Shown: positions 49,913-60,503 of the stretch, one piece after another | How the letters are laid out: each line of letters begins with the position of its first letter | How positions within the stretch are numbered: position 1 is the stretch's first letter | DNA from: Clostridia bacterium | GTDB taxonomy: Bacteria; Bacillota; Clostridia; Christensenellales; CAG-917 | NCBI GenBank assembly: GCA_045613765.1 | Contig: JAZLBO010000018.1 | Location: 23,587-87,586, forward strand | Direction of reading: 5' to 3' | Length of the DNA: 64,000 nt | Notes under the pieces: model-generated | What the model was told of the DNA's origin: nothing | Databases searched by the model: none | What the model saw: only the letters and a program-made list of their open reading frames with translations | Program-made: the position numbers and the translations under genes

Positions 49913-51232
49913 TTATTTGCCAACACAGAACTTTGAGAAGATACTGTCAACAATGTCTTCTGTGGCTGTTGCGCCTGTGATTTCGCCAAGGGAATTGTAT
50001 GCCTCACGAAGATCAATAAGAACACAGTCTATTGTGTCAGTTTTGTTTGAAACGGCACTTTCTATGGACACAATCGCACTTTTAAGTGCCGATACGTGTC
50101 TTTGAGATGTGATAAGGTCGCCATCAATCGTGCCTTCTTCGTACACTGATGCCACTGCTTTTGCAAGGGCTTCAACACCTTCTCCTGTCTTTGCAGATAT
50201 GGTGAAGATATTATCTCCTTCAGGTGCTTTGAAGCCGACGCTATCGCACTTATTATAGACATAGTACATTTTGCCGTTGGTGGCAAATTGCTCTATTTCG
50301 TTTTCCTTTGTTCCGTCAAGGACGTAAAGCACAACATCTGCGCCTTCTATTGCCTTTCTTGCTCTTTCTACACCTATTGTTTCAACAACGTCTTCACTTT
50401 CACGAAGTCCTGCCGTGTCGGTGAGATTGATAAGCACGCCACCCACTTCTGCACGTGCAGTGACTGTATCTCTTGTTGTGCCTGCAATGTCTGTGACAAT
50501 GGCTCTATTTTCCCCTACGAGAGCGTTGAGCAATGATGATTTGCCCACGTTGGGCTCGCCTGCGATTACAACGTCAACACCGTGCTTGGCAATACGTCCC
50601 ATATAAAAGGTTTTTGCGAGCGCGTGTACGCGTGTGAGAATGTCAGGAAGGGTGTTGTCCAAGACGGGCATAACTTCGTCTTCCATTTCATCAGGATAGT
50701 CCAAAGACGCCTCAAGGGTTGCAAGGACTGTGAGAAGGTCGTCCATAATGCCGTTGACCTTTTCTGCCACGCCACCTTGCATCATACGATAGGCAGCACG
50801 GATACCTGCAGTGCTTTCTGCATGGATCATATCTGCCACGCCTTCTGCATCAGAAAGGGACATTCTGCCATTGAGATATGCTCTCTTTGTAAATTCCCCT
50901 GCTTCTGCCGGATATGCGCCTTTTTCAAGGATGGTTTCCACTGCGCCTTTCATAATACGCACGCCACCGTGAAGGTTAAATTCCACAGTGTCTTCCCCTG
51001 TGAAAGACTTATTTTCGGGGAAATATACTGCGTAGCCCTTGTCATTAAAGCCGTTGCCCACAAAAGTGCCAAAGGTCATTTTCAAAGGGTTTTCGGCAAG
51101 GATTTGCCCTGCACCTTGACCTTTCTTAAAGAAAACAGCATCGGCTATTTTCAGTGCGTCCTTTCCTGATATACGCACAATGCCGATGCCGCCAGCCCCT
51201 ATGGGCGTAGAAATTGCAACTATTGTCTTCAT
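49913..51232 (-). CDS. mnmE: tRNA modification GTPase MnmE
   Basis: GEPNVGKSS, GTTRD, DTAG, NKCD, C-terminal FSKFCVGK. Confidence 0.97.
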   Translation of the reverse strand: MKTIVAISTPIGAGGIGIVRISGKDALKIADAVFFKKGQGAGQILAENPLKMTFGTFVGNGFNDKGYAVYFPENKSFTGEDTVEFNLHGGVRIMKGAVETILEKGAYPAEAGEFTKRAYLNGRMSLSDAEGVADMIHAESTAGIRAAYRMMQGGVAEKVNGIMDDLLTVLATLEASLDYPDEMEDEVMPVLDNTLPDILTRVHALAKTFYMGRIAKHGVDVVIAGEPNVGKSSLLNALVGENRAIVTDIAGTTRDTVTARAEVGGVLINLTDTAGLRESEDVVETIGVERARKAIEGADVVLYVLDGTKENEIEQFATNGKMYYVYNKCDSVGFKAPEGDNIFTISAKTGEGVEALAKAVASVYEEGTIDGDLITSQRHVSALKSAIVSIESAVSNKTDTIDCVLIDLREAYNSLGEITGATATEDIVDSIFSKFCVGK

Positions 51233-52074
51233 TATCTCTTTTTTCCACCAAAACTTTTGAATTTGGGAGGACCTGTTTTGACGGTTGTCGGTTTTACAAA
51301 GTCGTCTTCTTCGCTGAGAAGTGAATACACTTTTCCATCGGGAATATCGTCATAATTGACTTCCTTCTTCTCACGACGAGGTCTATCCGTTTTGTTTTGA
51401 TCGTTTTTGCGATTGCCACGATTGTTATTGTTGCCACCGCGATTGTTTTTGCGTCTTTCTCCCTTGAGTTCGACACCCTTGGGGATGATGACGATATGAC
51501 GAGATACGTCTTCGCCTTCGCTGACTGTGTCTGCAAGTTCACTATCCACAAGTGCGCTGTGTATGACACGTCTTTCAAAGGGATTCATTGGTTCAAGTTC
51601 AATCTTTCTGCAAGTGCGATGTGCCTTTTCTGCAAGGCGAAGGGCAAGTGCAGTGAGTGTTTCACGTCTTTTTTCACGGTAGTTTTCACTGTCAACCACC
51701 ACTTTCTTTATATCACTCTTTTCTTGATTGAGATATGTCAATACCAGATATTGTATTGCATCAAGGGCTTCTCCACGGTAGCCGATTGCTGTGCCACTGT
51801 CTTCCCCTGTAATTTCAATATTCAAAGTGCCGTCTTGGTCGGTGACGGTTGCCCTTGACACCAACTGCATCTTTTCAAGAAGGCCGTTGACAAAGTCTTC
51901 GACTTTGGTGAAAATGGTTTCAATAATACTCACTCTCACTTGTGCCTTTGAAAAAAGACCACCCTTATGAAGTACTTCCACGTTGACTCTGTCACGGCTG
52001 ACACCAAGTTGTTCAAGTGCATTTGCCACGGCAAGATCAACTGTTGAAGCTTTGACTTCCACAAATTTGTTCAT
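51232..52074 (-). CDS. jag: Jag/KhpB RNA-binding protein (KH + R3H)
   Basis: IGYRGEALDAIQYL, ENYREKR, LEPMNPFERRVIHSAL. Confidence 0.93.
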   Translation of the reverse strand: MNKFVEVKASTVDLAVANALEQLGVSRDRVNVEVLHKGGLFSKAQVRVSIIETIFTKVEDFVNGLLEKMQLVSRATVTDQDGTLNIEITGEDSGTAIGYRGEALDAIQYLVLTYLNQEKSDIKKVVVDSENYREKRRETLTALALRLAEKAHRTCRKIELEPMNPFERRVIHSALVDSELADTVSEGEDVSRHIVIIPKGVELKGERRKNNRGGNNNNRGNRKNDQNKTDRPRREKKEVNYDDIPDGKVYSLLSEEDDFVKPTTVKTGPPKFKSFGGKKR

Positions 52075-52082
52075 ATATACTC

Positions 52083-53327
52083 CTATTTCTTTGCCTTAAC
52101 CTTGGCAGGCTTGACTTTGCCTTCCTTTTCACGCTTGTCGGCAATCATAAATGCAAGGTTGCAAATAAGACCAATCAATGTTGCAATCAATGAACTGACC
52201 AACATATAAAGAGCAAATGCAGATGAATACATGAGTGTAAATACTGCCGTAATCAAAGGCAACGTATATTGCATCATCTTCATGCTTGCTTGGCTTTGGT
52301 CTTGTGCATTGGGCTCTTGACCTTCTTTGGGTTGTCCCAAATTCTTGAGGTTTGCCCACTTTTCCTTGAAGGATTTCTTTTCCTTCTTTTCACCGTTGCC
52401 TTGAGATGCCGTCATAAGTTTTTGCGACACGATGCTCAACACAAGTGAAAAGACGGGGAGCAAGAGCCATCCATTCCATGAGCCGTTTTTACCCCAGCCA
52501 CCTTGACCAATGAGTTTGCCCATGACTGATTCATATTCGTCTGCTGTGACGCCTGTGATACGTGATGTTGCAATGCCAGATTGACCTGTGACTGATTCAT
52601 AGTCAGGAACTTCAGGCGCCCAACTATCTGCAGAGAATATGTTTTTGATCCAAAGGAAACTTCTGCTTTCCACTTGTTTGTCTGCATAGTAGAAATCGTA
52701 GACTGCTTGTTGAGCCTTTCCTTCTGCTATTTCATAATCTGCGCCGTTGCCTTGGAAGTTTTCCCAATCTTCGCCAAGTTCTTGTGTCATGGTTGCCTCA
52801 TACACCTTGCGACAATCAACGTAGTCTGTGGCAAATTTCCAACCTGTCATTTCTCTGAAACCGGCAAAAATGGTGATGATCACAACCAATGAAACGATTG
52901 TGGGAAGGCATGCGCCAAACATAGAATACTTTTCTCTCTTGTAGAGAGCCATTTGTTCTTGTTGCATTCTTTGTCTGTCATCGCCATATTTTGCTTGAAG
53001 CACCTCAAGTTCGGGCTTCATGCGTTCCATGATCTTTCCATTTTTACGGGCGACAAGTTTTTGCCAAATATCCAAAGGTGACAATGCAACCTTCAAGATA
53101 ACTGTAAATGCAACCACTGTCCAGCCAAAGTTGCCAATGTTTTCATACAAAATGTAGATGAATTTGGCAATCCAGTTGCTAAGTTCGGGGTCTGCATTTT
53201 TGTCAGATACGTCATATATTCCTGCATCACTGTTGCAAGCAGAAAGGACAATGCAACATACGCCAATGACCAAAGCCACGGCGTAGATGAGAGCCTTTTT
53301 CTTACGAGCATAGTCTAAACGAGCCAT
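52083..53327 (-). CDS. yidC: Membrane protein insertase YidC
   Basis: FGWTVVAFTVILK, MKPELEVLQAKY, MALYK, GACLP, FLWI, LY; canonical operon position. Confidence 0.92.
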   Translation of the reverse strand: MARLDYARKKKALIYAVALVIGVCCIVLSACNSDAGIYDVSDKNADPELSNWIAKFIYILYENIGNFGWTVVAFTVILKVALSPLDIWQKLVARKNGKIMERMKPELEVLQAKYGDDRQRMQQEQMALYKREKYSMFGACLPTIVSLVVIITIFAGFREMTGWKFATDYVDCRKVYEATMTQELGEDWENFQGNGADYEIAEGKAQQAVYDFYYADKQVESRSFLWIKNIFSADSWAPEVPDYESVTGQSGIATSRITGVTADEYESVMGKLIGQGGWGKNGSWNGWLLLPVFSLVLSIVSQKLMTASQGNGEKKEKKSFKEKWANLKNLGQPKEGQEPNAQDQSQASMKMMQYTLPLITAVFTLMYSSAFALYMLVSSLIATLIGLICNLAFMIADKREKEGKVKPAKVKAKK

Positions 53328-53560
53328 TTTGCATTTCCTCGATAATTTTCTTTTACAGGGTCAAAGCCACCCTTTGAAAAAGGGTTGCATCGTAAAATAC
53401 GCCACGAGCCCATGGCAATACCCTTGACGACACCGTGTTTTTTGATGGCGTCAAAAGCATACATTGAGCAAGTTGGCACGTATTTACAATTCCTGCCGAT
53501 ATAGGGGCTTAAAGTCGCTTTATACCAATGCAAAGCCTTATAGCACAGTTTTTTCAACAT
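53315..53560 (-). CDS. yidD: Membrane protein insertion efficiency factor YidD
   Basis: CKYVPTCSMY, RILRCNPFSKGGFDPV. Confidence 0.93.
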   Translation of the reverse strand: MLKKLCYKALHWYKATLSPYIGRNCKYVPTCSMYAFDAIKKHGVVKGIAMGSWRILRCNPFSKGGFDPVKENYRGNAKWLV

Positions 53561-53885
53561 ACTTGCCTGCCTTTGCAAAGATGTCTTTGACATCTTCGGT
53601 TATAGTGTAAAAATCACCTTCCGCCGCCGTGGACTTTGCCACTATGACGTAAGTGTACCCTTTTTGAATTTCAGGGAAGATCTTGTTGACCCCTTCTCTT
53701 ATCAGCCTTTTGACTCTGTTTCGCACAACAGCACCCCCCACCTTTTTGGATACGGAGATGCCGATCTTTATCCCACCACGAGATTTTGTGTAAAGTAGCA
53801 GTAGATGACGGGCAGAAGATTTTTCGCCTTTTTTATAGACGTAATTAAACGCCGATCTTCTTTTCAGTCGGAACTGCTTTTGCAT
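53538..53885 (-). CDS. rnpA: RNase P protein
   Basis: RLKR..F..VY..G, IGISVSKKVGGAVVRNRVKRLIRE. Confidence 0.96.
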   Translation of the reverse strand: MQKQFRLKRRSAFNYVYKKGEKSSARHLLLLYTKSRGGIKIGISVSKKVGGAVVRNRVKRLIREGVNKIFPEIQKGYTYVIVAKSTAAEGDFYTITEDVKDIFAKAGKYVEKTVL

Positions 53886-53890
53886 TTTAC

Positions 53891-54025
53891 TTATGCGCTG
53901 AGAACCTTTCTGCCTCTTGCACGTCTGCGCTTCAAGACCTTTCTGCCACTTGTTGACTTCATTCTTTCACGGAATCCGTGGACTTTGCTTCTTTGTCTTT
54001 TCTTGGGTTGGTAAGTTTGTTTCAT
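53891..54025 (-). CDS. rpmH: 50S ribosomal protein L34
   Basis: Below the ORF-track cutoff: [44 protein letters not shown]; GGAGG RBS. Confidence 0.97.
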   Translation of the reverse strand: MKQTYQPKKRQRSKVHGFRERMKSTSGRKVLKRRRARGRKVLSA

Positions 54026-54090
54026 TATTGTTTCCTCCGTTTAGGATAATTAGTTTTCTTTTATATACATATAAAAATATATGCTTGCCT

Positions 54091-54119
54091 ATTATAAGTG
54101 AAAGACGTGCTTGTGTCAA
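54091..54119 (-). promoter_or_regulatory. Consensus sigma-A promoter of the rpmH operon
   Basis: TTGACA-17 nt-TATAAT. Confidence 0.8.
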
Positions 54120-54257
54120 CTGATTTCACTGCTTTAGGGGCTTATGAAAGTTGACACATTGTCTTTTCAGTATGATTTTGGTTATGTTTTTGTGGTTTTT
54201 TTGATATTTGGGCTTTGGTTTCCACTGCTTTTCAGTGGGTTTGCACCATTTTGCCTA

Positions 54258-55943
54258 TTACATCACTTCGGGAGCGTCAATGCCAAGAAGTGCAAGACCT
54301 TCCTTGATTGTTCTGCCAACGATATCTGTGAGCATAAGGCGTGCGTTCTTCACTCTTTCGTCATCAACAACGATACGGTGTCCAATGTAGAAACGATTGA
54401 ATTTTTCTGCAAGGTCAACGATATGTCTTGTGACAACGTTGGGCTCACGCACCTTTGCAGATTGCTTGACTGCGTCGCCAAACGTAAGAATGCTCTTGAC
54501 AACTTCGTAGCCGTCGTCATCAGTGATTGATGAAAGGTCGATATTGTTCAAATCATATTCGCCACCCTTTCTCAATGCGCTCTTTGAACGAGCATAAGTG
54601 TATTGAACATAAGGTGCAGTTTCGCCGTCAAAATTGAGGACCTTGTCGTATGAGAAAACGATATCTTTGATACGATTGTTCCACAGTGCCGAGAAGACAA
54701 CTGCACCTACACCAACGCTTTCTGCAGTTTGTTCTTTGTTTTCAAGATTGGGGTTCTTTTCTTCAATGATTGCACGTGCTTTTTCCACTGCTTTGTCAAG
54801 AACTTCCTTGAGCCAAACAACTCTGCCTTGACGTGTTGACATAGAGCCATCTTCCATGCTCACCATACCAAATGCGATATGCTCAACATCATCCTTTCCT
54901 GCAAAATCCATAAGTTCAAGCACCTTAAACACTTGCTTAAAGTGCAGATTTTGTTGATATGCGACAACGTAAAGGCACTTGTGGAAGTCATAGGTTTGCT
55001 TGCGATACACTGCTGCCGCAATATCTCTTGTGGCATAGAGAGATGCTCCGTCTGCCTTCACCAAAAGACAAGGAGGCATATTGTATTCTTCAAGGTTTAC
55101 AACCTTTGCGCCTTCGCTTGTTTCAAGAAGTCCTTTGTCTTCAAGTTCGTCAAGAATAGGTTGCATTTTGTCATTGTAGAAAGACTCGCCGTTGTAACTG
55201 TCAAAGTTGATTTTAAGGCGATCATATATCTTTGAAACTGCCTTCATTGTCACGTCTTTGAAGGTGTCAAAATATGCATTTGCTTCTTTGTCGCCATCTT
55301 CAATACGCTTAAACCATGCTCTTGCCTCATCATCCATTGAAGGATTGTTTTCGCTTTCTTGATGGTATTTCACATAGAGTGAATTAAGGAAGTATTCATC
55401 ATTTTCTGCAATTTCTTCGAGTGATGACCACTTTCTTGTTGCAACGATAAGTTTGCCAAATTGTGTACCCCAGTCGCCAAGGTGGTTGATGCCAACTACG
55501 TTGTAGCCAAGGTGCTTGAAGATACGATAAAGTGCGCCACCAATGACTGTGGTTGAAAGGTGTCCAATATGGAAAGGCTTGGCAATGTTCACTGAACTAT
55601 AGTCAATGCAGATTGTTTTGCCGTTGCCTTCATCACTGCCACCTACATTTTCTTCGCCAAGAAGTGTGATGAGTGTCTTTGCAATGCCTTCACGATTGAG
55701 ATAAATGTTGAGATAGCCACCTACAACGTCAACCTTTTCAATGAAATCGATATTTTCAAGTGATTTTGAAAGTTCGGTTGCAATTTGAGGGGGTGCTTTT
55801 CTCAACGTGCGTGAAAACTTGAAGCAAGGAAGACAAATATCTCCCATTTTGCTATCTTTGGGCACTTCAAATGCCCCAAGGATTTCTTCTGCAGTGATTT
55901 GCTCGTTTGAGAGTGCTTGTGCAAGTTGTTTGTCAAATAACAT
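54258..55943 (-). CDS. argS: Arginine--tRNA ligase
   Basis: IDYSSVNIAKPFHIGH, NHLGDWGTQFG, MSTRQG, YVQYTYAR. Confidence 0.97.
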   Translation of the reverse strand: MLFDKQLAQALSNEQITAEEILGAFEVPKDSKMGDICLPCFKFSRTLRKAPPQIATELSKSLENIDFIEKVDVVGGYLNIYLNREGIAKTLITLLGEENVGGSDEGNGKTICIDYSSVNIAKPFHIGHLSTTVIGGALYRIFKHLGYNVVGINHLGDWGTQFGKLIVATRKWSSLEEIAENDEYFLNSLYVKYHQESENNPSMDDEARAWFKRIEDGDKEANAYFDTFKDVTMKAVSKIYDRLKINFDSYNGESFYNDKMQPILDELEDKGLLETSEGAKVVNLEEYNMPPCLLVKADGASLYATRDIAAAVYRKQTYDFHKCLYVVAYQQNLHFKQVFKVLELMDFAGKDDVEHIAFGMVSMEDGSMSTRQGRVVWLKEVLDKAVEKARAIIEEKNPNLENKEQTAESVGVGAVVFSALWNNRIKDIVFSYDKVLNFDGETAPYVQYTYARSKSALRKGGEYDLNNIDLSSITDDDGYEVVKSILTFGDAVKQSAKVREPNVVTRHIVDLAEKFNRFYIGHRIVVDDERVKNARLMLTDIVGRTIKEGLALLGIDAPEVM

Positions 55944-56055
55944 ATTTTCCTACCATTTTCTTTGCTATGCAAAGATTTTCTATTCTACCGTTTATTTTCT
56001 TTGATTTTCGTGAGATTTTGTAGATTTTGCGCCCTTATTCTCGGAGATTTGTTGA

Positions 56056-57138
56056 TTACACGTTGAAACGGAACAATACGACGTCATTGTCTTGCATGAC
56101 GTATTCCTTTCCTTCACTTCTCACTTTGCCTCTTTCCTTTGCCACGTTAAATGAGCCACAGTCAAGGAGTGTTTGATAGTCCACGATTTCTGCTCTAATA
56201 AAGCCTTTTTCAAAATCGCTGTGGATTTTGCCTGCTGCTTGGGGTGCTTTTGTGCCTCTTTCAATTGTCCAAGCACGGGTTTCCTTTTCCCCTGCAGTGA
56301 GATAACTGATAAGGCCGAGCAAATCGTATGATGCACTGACAAGTTTGTCAAGACCACTTTCTGTAAGGCCGTATTCTTCCATAAAGACCATTCTGTCTTC
56401 GTCTTCAAGGGCAATGAGATCTTCTTCGAGTTTTGCACAAAGGACAATACATCCTGCGCCTTCTTCGCTTGCGCCTTTCTTAACTGCTTCGGTGTAATCG
56501 TTGCCGCCGACTGACATTTCATCTACGTTGGCAACGTAAATGACAGGTTTTGACGTGAGAAGGAATTGTTCTTCCATATATGCCTTAAATTCGTCATCTA
56601 CCTCCAATGTGCGAAGGGGTTTGCCATCTTCAAGCCATTTTTTCATCTTTTCAAGGCGTTCTACGTCCACTGCGTACTTTTTGTCTGCTTTGAGCATAGA
56701 TATTGCCTTTGGCAATCTTCTGTCTATTGCTTCAATATCTGCAAAGATGAGTTCAAGGTTGATGGTTTCCATATCACGAAGGGGGGACACCGATCCATCT
56801 ACGTGTGTGATGTTTTCATCATCAAAGCATCTTACGACGTGGACGATTGCATCAACTTCACGGATATGTGAAAGGAATTTGTTGCCAAGTCCTTCCCCTC
56901 TGCTTGCGCCTTTGACAAGACCTGCGATATCCACAAACTCAAGGGTTGTGGGTGTGATTTTCTTGCTATCGTAAAGGGCAGCAAGTTTGTCAAGTCTTTC
57001 ATCTGGCACTGCAACGATACCCACATTGGGCTCGATTGTGCAGAAAGGATAGTTGGCTGCTTGTGCGCCTGCTTTTGTGATTGCGTTGAAAAGTGTGCTT
57101 TTGCCTACGTTGGGAAGACCTACTACGCCGAGTTTCAT
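56056..57138 (-). CDS. ychF: Redox-regulated ATPase YchF
   Basis: [41 protein letters not shown]. Confidence 0.98.
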   Translation of the reverse strand: MKLGVVGLPNVGKSTLFNAITKAGAQAANYPFCTIEPNVGIVAVPDERLDKLAALYDSKKITPTTLEFVDIAGLVKGASRGEGLGNKFLSHIREVDAIVHVVRCFDDENITHVDGSVSPLRDMETINLELIFADIEAIDRRLPKAISMLKADKKYAVDVERLEKMKKWLEDGKPLRTLEVDDEFKAYMEEQFLLTSKPVIYVANVDEMSVGGNDYTEAVKKGASEEGAGCIVLCAKLEEDLIALEDEDRMVFMEEYGLTESGLDKLVSASYDLLGLISYLTAGEKETRAWTIERGTKAPQAAGKIHSDFEKGFIRAEIVDYQTLLDCGSFNVAKERGKVRSEGKEYVMQDNDVVLFRFNV

Positions 57139-57237
57139 ATTTCTCCTTGTGCGACGACGGAAAAATCCGTTCTAATACGCGATATCTTAAATACAATATT
57201 TTAGTATAAACTAAAAAAGGGAGTTAGTAAAGAGAAA

Positions 57238-58005
57238 ATGAAGATTTGGGAAGGGATAGTCCTTGGATTAATACAAGGACTCACAGAATTTTTGCCCGTT
57301 TCATCATCTGGACACCTGCTGTTTTTTGAAAAATTGGGTGTTGGAAAGGAAGACATATTCTTTAACGTTTGTATGCACATAGGCACGCTACTGTCCGTCC
57401 TTGTCGCCACCAAAAATACGTGGGTTGGACTTGTGAAAAATATACGCGACAAAACCAACCTTTGTCTTGTCGTTTCTTGCTTGCCAACAGTGGCAATCGC
57501 CCTTTTGATAAAAGCCTTTGCACCGGGCCTAATTGAAGGGGATTATCTACCCCTTGGATTTATGGCTACATCTGTGTTGTTGATATGTTGCGAAAAACTG
57601 AAAATTGCACAAAACAACACTTTATCTATCAAATCAAGCATATTAAGTGGCGTATTTCAAGGAATAGCAGTTTTGCCGGGGATTTCAAGAAGTGGAGCAA
57701 CAATAACTGCTTTACGTCTTTCCGGGGTGGATAAAAAGACCAGTGCCGACTTCTCTTTTTTGATGTCTATCCCCATAATTATAGGCTCTCTTATCCTTGA
57801 AAGTGTTGACCTTTTCAATGGGGAATTCAGCGTCAATTCAAGTGATATTGCGCCATTGATTTTGGGCACTTTGACGGCTTTTGTGTCGGGCTATTTTGCC
57901 ATAAAATTTTTCTTGAATCTTGTCAAAAGCAAGTCCGTCACACCCTTTGCAATATACACTTTTTTGATGTCCATTGCTTCATTTGTGGTTGTGTATTTCC
58001 GTTGA
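57238..58005 (+). CDS. uppP: Undecaprenyl-diphosphate phosphatase (BacA family)
   Basis: QGLTEFLPVSSSGHL, PGISRSGATI, FSFLMSIP. Confidence 0.95.
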   Translation: MKIWEGIVLGLIQGLTEFLPVSSSGHLLFFEKLGVGKEDIFFNVCMHIGTLLSVLVATKNTWVGLVKNIRDKTNLCLVVSCLPTVAIALLIKAFAPGLIEGDYLPLGFMATSVLLICCEKLKIAQNNTLSIKSSILSGVFQGIAVLPGISRSGATITALRLSGVDKKTSADFSFLMSIPIIIGSLILESVDLFNGEFSVNSSDIAPLILGTLTAFVSGYFAIKFFLNLVKSKSVTPFAIYTFLMSIASFVVVYFR

Positions 58006-58025
58006 AAAATATTTTGGAAAAATAC

Positions 58026-58052
58026 AAAAAAAGACGGCGCGCGCCGTCTTTT
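58026..58052. terminator. Bidirectional intrinsic terminator
   Basis: AAAAGACGGCGCGCGCCGTCTTTT palindrome. Confidence 0.75.
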
Positions 58053-58081
58053 CTTTGTTGTTGTATCGTGCTACGACAAGT

Positions 58082-58531
58082 TTACACTAAACCACGATTG
58101 CGAATTGCATCAATGATTGTTTCAATATCATTTTGGCTGACGTGTTCAAACTCATAAGTGAGTGTATCGCCTGTTTTCAAAAGGAATTCATATTCAAGTT
58201 CTCTCTTGAAACCCTTTTCCACCACTGAAACACGAACGATATCATCAAAGCGAACGGTGACACCAGCACTGTCATGGCCATTGATTTCGGGATCATCATT
58301 GAAAGTGATTGTATCTCCTGTGATTTCGACGGTCTTGCTTCTTTCCGTCCAAAAAACTAATCCTAAAATCAGTCCAAATATTCCTGCAAATACGCTAAGG
58401 AAGTAATAGCCACCACCTTTTATACATTGCAACACTATGCCAAGAATAACCAATGCAGCAAAAACTACAATGCCAAACAAGGCTGGCTTGACGGTCTTTC
58501 TATAAAATTTCTTTACTTTTTGTTTTTCCAT
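58082..58531 (-). CDS. Hypothetical membrane protein (2 TM + small beta-rich domain)
   Basis: Start MEKQKV with AAGGAGA RBS. Confidence 0.7.
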   Translation of the reverse strand: MEKQKVKKFYRKTVKPALFGIVVFAALVILGIVLQCIKGGGYYFLSVFAGIFGLILGLVFWTERSKTVEITGDTITFNDDPEINGHDSAGVTVRFDDIVRVSVVEKGFKRELEYEFLLKTGDTLTYEFEHVSQNDIETIIDAIRNRGLV

Positions 58532-58744
58532 AGTTTTCTCCTTTTTAGAAGGGTTTTTTATTATTTTTGCCAACTGATAAAGTGTGTCAAAGTCTGCTTT
58601 TATTTCAGTCTTTGTTGCTTGCACAATTTTCCTTTTATAACACAATCAATATTTTAAGCATATAAATACAATATATAAAACATTGTTTCTTGCAATATTA
58701 CAAAATTTGATTGTGTTTATTTTATCGTTGGTTTTGGGTTGATT

Positions 58745-60430
58745 TTACTCTGCGTGACACACGTTCAAGTTGCAAGCAAACACTCTTGCTTCATAGGGAC
58801 GGAGTGTTGCGCCAATTTCATCATCATAGTTTGAAAGCACTTCTTTTGCCATAGGGCAGAGATGTTTCAATGCCTTCTTTGATGACAATGTCTTTTCTGA
58901 AAGGTTGATGATGACTGTGAGTTTTGTGCCGTCTTCGCCCAGTTTGTCATATACAAACAGTTGCTTGTGTCCTTTCAAGTGAAGATTGAATTGACCGTAT
59001 ATTGCTGCATCTGCATATTCCTTTCTAAGTGCGATTGCTTTACGATAGAAATTCAGTTGTGAATTGGGGTCATTTTCTTGGCTTGCCACGTTGACTTCGG
59101 TGTAGTTGGGGTTGACGGTGTACCAAGGTGTGCCTGTTGTAAAACCTGCATTTTCACTGCCGTCCCATTGGACAGGTGTACGAGCATTGTCACGAGCAGC
59201 ATACTTTGCCATCTTCATAATTCTCTTTTCACTGAAGACTTTGAGTTTTTCAAGCAATTTCTTTGTGGAGAAGGTGTTTACGTCTGCAAAATCTTCCCAC
59301 TTTTCATAGTCAAGGTTGGACATACCAATTTCTTGACCTTGATAGACAAATTGTGCGCCACTAAGGAAGGTGTACATTGTACAAAGAGCCTTACCACTTT
59401 CAAAACGGTACTTTTCACTGCCATATCTTGAAATATTGCGAGGTTGATCGTGATTTTCAATGTAGTTTGCGTTCCAACCCTTGCCGTAGAGTTTTGTTTG
59501 CCAATTATTGTAGATTTTCTTCAACTTTTTGAGGCTAAATGGCAAGCGCAACCAACTTATCATAAAGCAATCTGCTTCCATGTGTTGAAAACCGAACATC
59601 ATATCAAGGACTCTATCTTCCCCTGCCACGTATTTCAGTGCATTTTTGGGTGTCATCATAGGTGCTTCGCCCAGTTGCATTCTGTCGCCATATTCCTTGA
59701 CCACTTCTCTATACTCTTGAAGGTATTTGAGAAGGTTAGGACCGGGGGAATAATGTTCCATACCTCTTGCTGCAGGCAAGGGGAAACCGTTTGGAAGTCC
59801 CTCTTTTTTGGAAATATACGTGATGACGTCTTCTCTAAATCCGTCAACGCCCATATCAAGCCAATATCGCATAATCTTCTTGACTTCTTCACGGACTGCA
59901 GGATTATCGTGGTTGAGATCGGGTTGTTCTACTGCAAACAAGTGGAGATAATATTCTCCTCTTTCTTCGTTCCACTTCCAACCATCTCCGGGGAAAGTTG
60001 CCATCCAGTTGTTGGGGAATTTCTTTCCGTCCTTGCCCTTGCCGGGACGCCAAATATAATAATCTTTATACTTGGGATCACCTGCGCAAGATTTTTTGAA
60101 CCACTCGTGTTGATCACTTGTGTGGTTGATGACAAGATCCATTATAACTTTAAGTCCACGTGCGTGTGCGCCATCAAGGACTGCCTTGAAATCATCATTT
60201 GTGCCATACTCGGGATTGATATTGTAATAGTCTGCAATATCATATCCATAGTCTGCTTGGGGTGATGCATAAAGAGGTGAAAACCATATTGCATCAACAC
60301 CAAGGCTCTTGATGTAATCCAACTTGTCAAGTATGCCTTTGAGATCGCCTATACCATCTCCGTCGCCGTCTTTGAAGGAACGGGGCCACACTTGATAAAC
60401 ACACATTTCCTTATACCATTGTTTGGACAT
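58745..60430 (-). CDS. GH13 alpha-glucosidase / oligo-1,6-glucosidase
   Basis: YQVWPRSFKDGDGDGIGDL, DLVINHTS, QPDLN, DGFRED, ENHDQPR, YQGQEIGM, RDNARTP. Confidence 0.93.
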   Translation of the reverse strand: MSKQWYKEMCVYQVWPRSFKDGDGDGIGDLKGILDKLDYIKSLGVDAIWFSPLYASPQADYGYDIADYYNINPEYGTNDDFKAVLDGAHARGLKVIMDLVINHTSDQHEWFKKSCAGDPKYKDYYIWRPGKGKDGKKFPNNWMATFPGDGWKWNEERGEYYLHLFAVEQPDLNHDNPAVREEVKKIMRYWLDMGVDGFREDVITYISKKEGLPNGFPLPAARGMEHYSPGPNLLKYLQEYREVVKEYGDRMQLGEAPMMTPKNALKYVAGEDRVLDMMFGFQHMEADCFMISWLRLPFSLKKLKKIYNNWQTKLYGKGWNANYIENHDQPRNISRYGSEKYRFESGKALCTMYTFLSGAQFVYQGQEIGMSNLDYEKWEDFADVNTFSTKKLLEKLKVFSEKRIMKMAKYAARDNARTPVQWDGSENAGFTTGTPWYTVNPNYTEVNVASQENDPNSQLNFYRKAIALRKEYADAAIYGQFNLHLKGHKQLFVYDKLGEDGTKLTVIINLSEKTLSSKKALKHLCPMAKEVLSNYDDEIGATLRPYEARVFACNLNVCHAE

Positions 60431-60459
60431 AATTTTCTCCTTTTCTTATACCAAATACA

Positions 60460-60490
60460 ACAAAAGCGAGATTTTACCTCTCGCTTTTGT
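60460..60490 (-). terminator. Intrinsic terminator after gyrA
   Basis: ACAAAAGCGAGA-ttttacc-TCTCGCTTTTGT. Confidence 0.75.
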
Positions 60491-60503
60491 GCAAATTAAG
60501 TGT

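Noticed and set aside
54026-54257. oriC next to rpmH
   Set aside because: No dnaA and no TTATCCACA-type box cluster seen.
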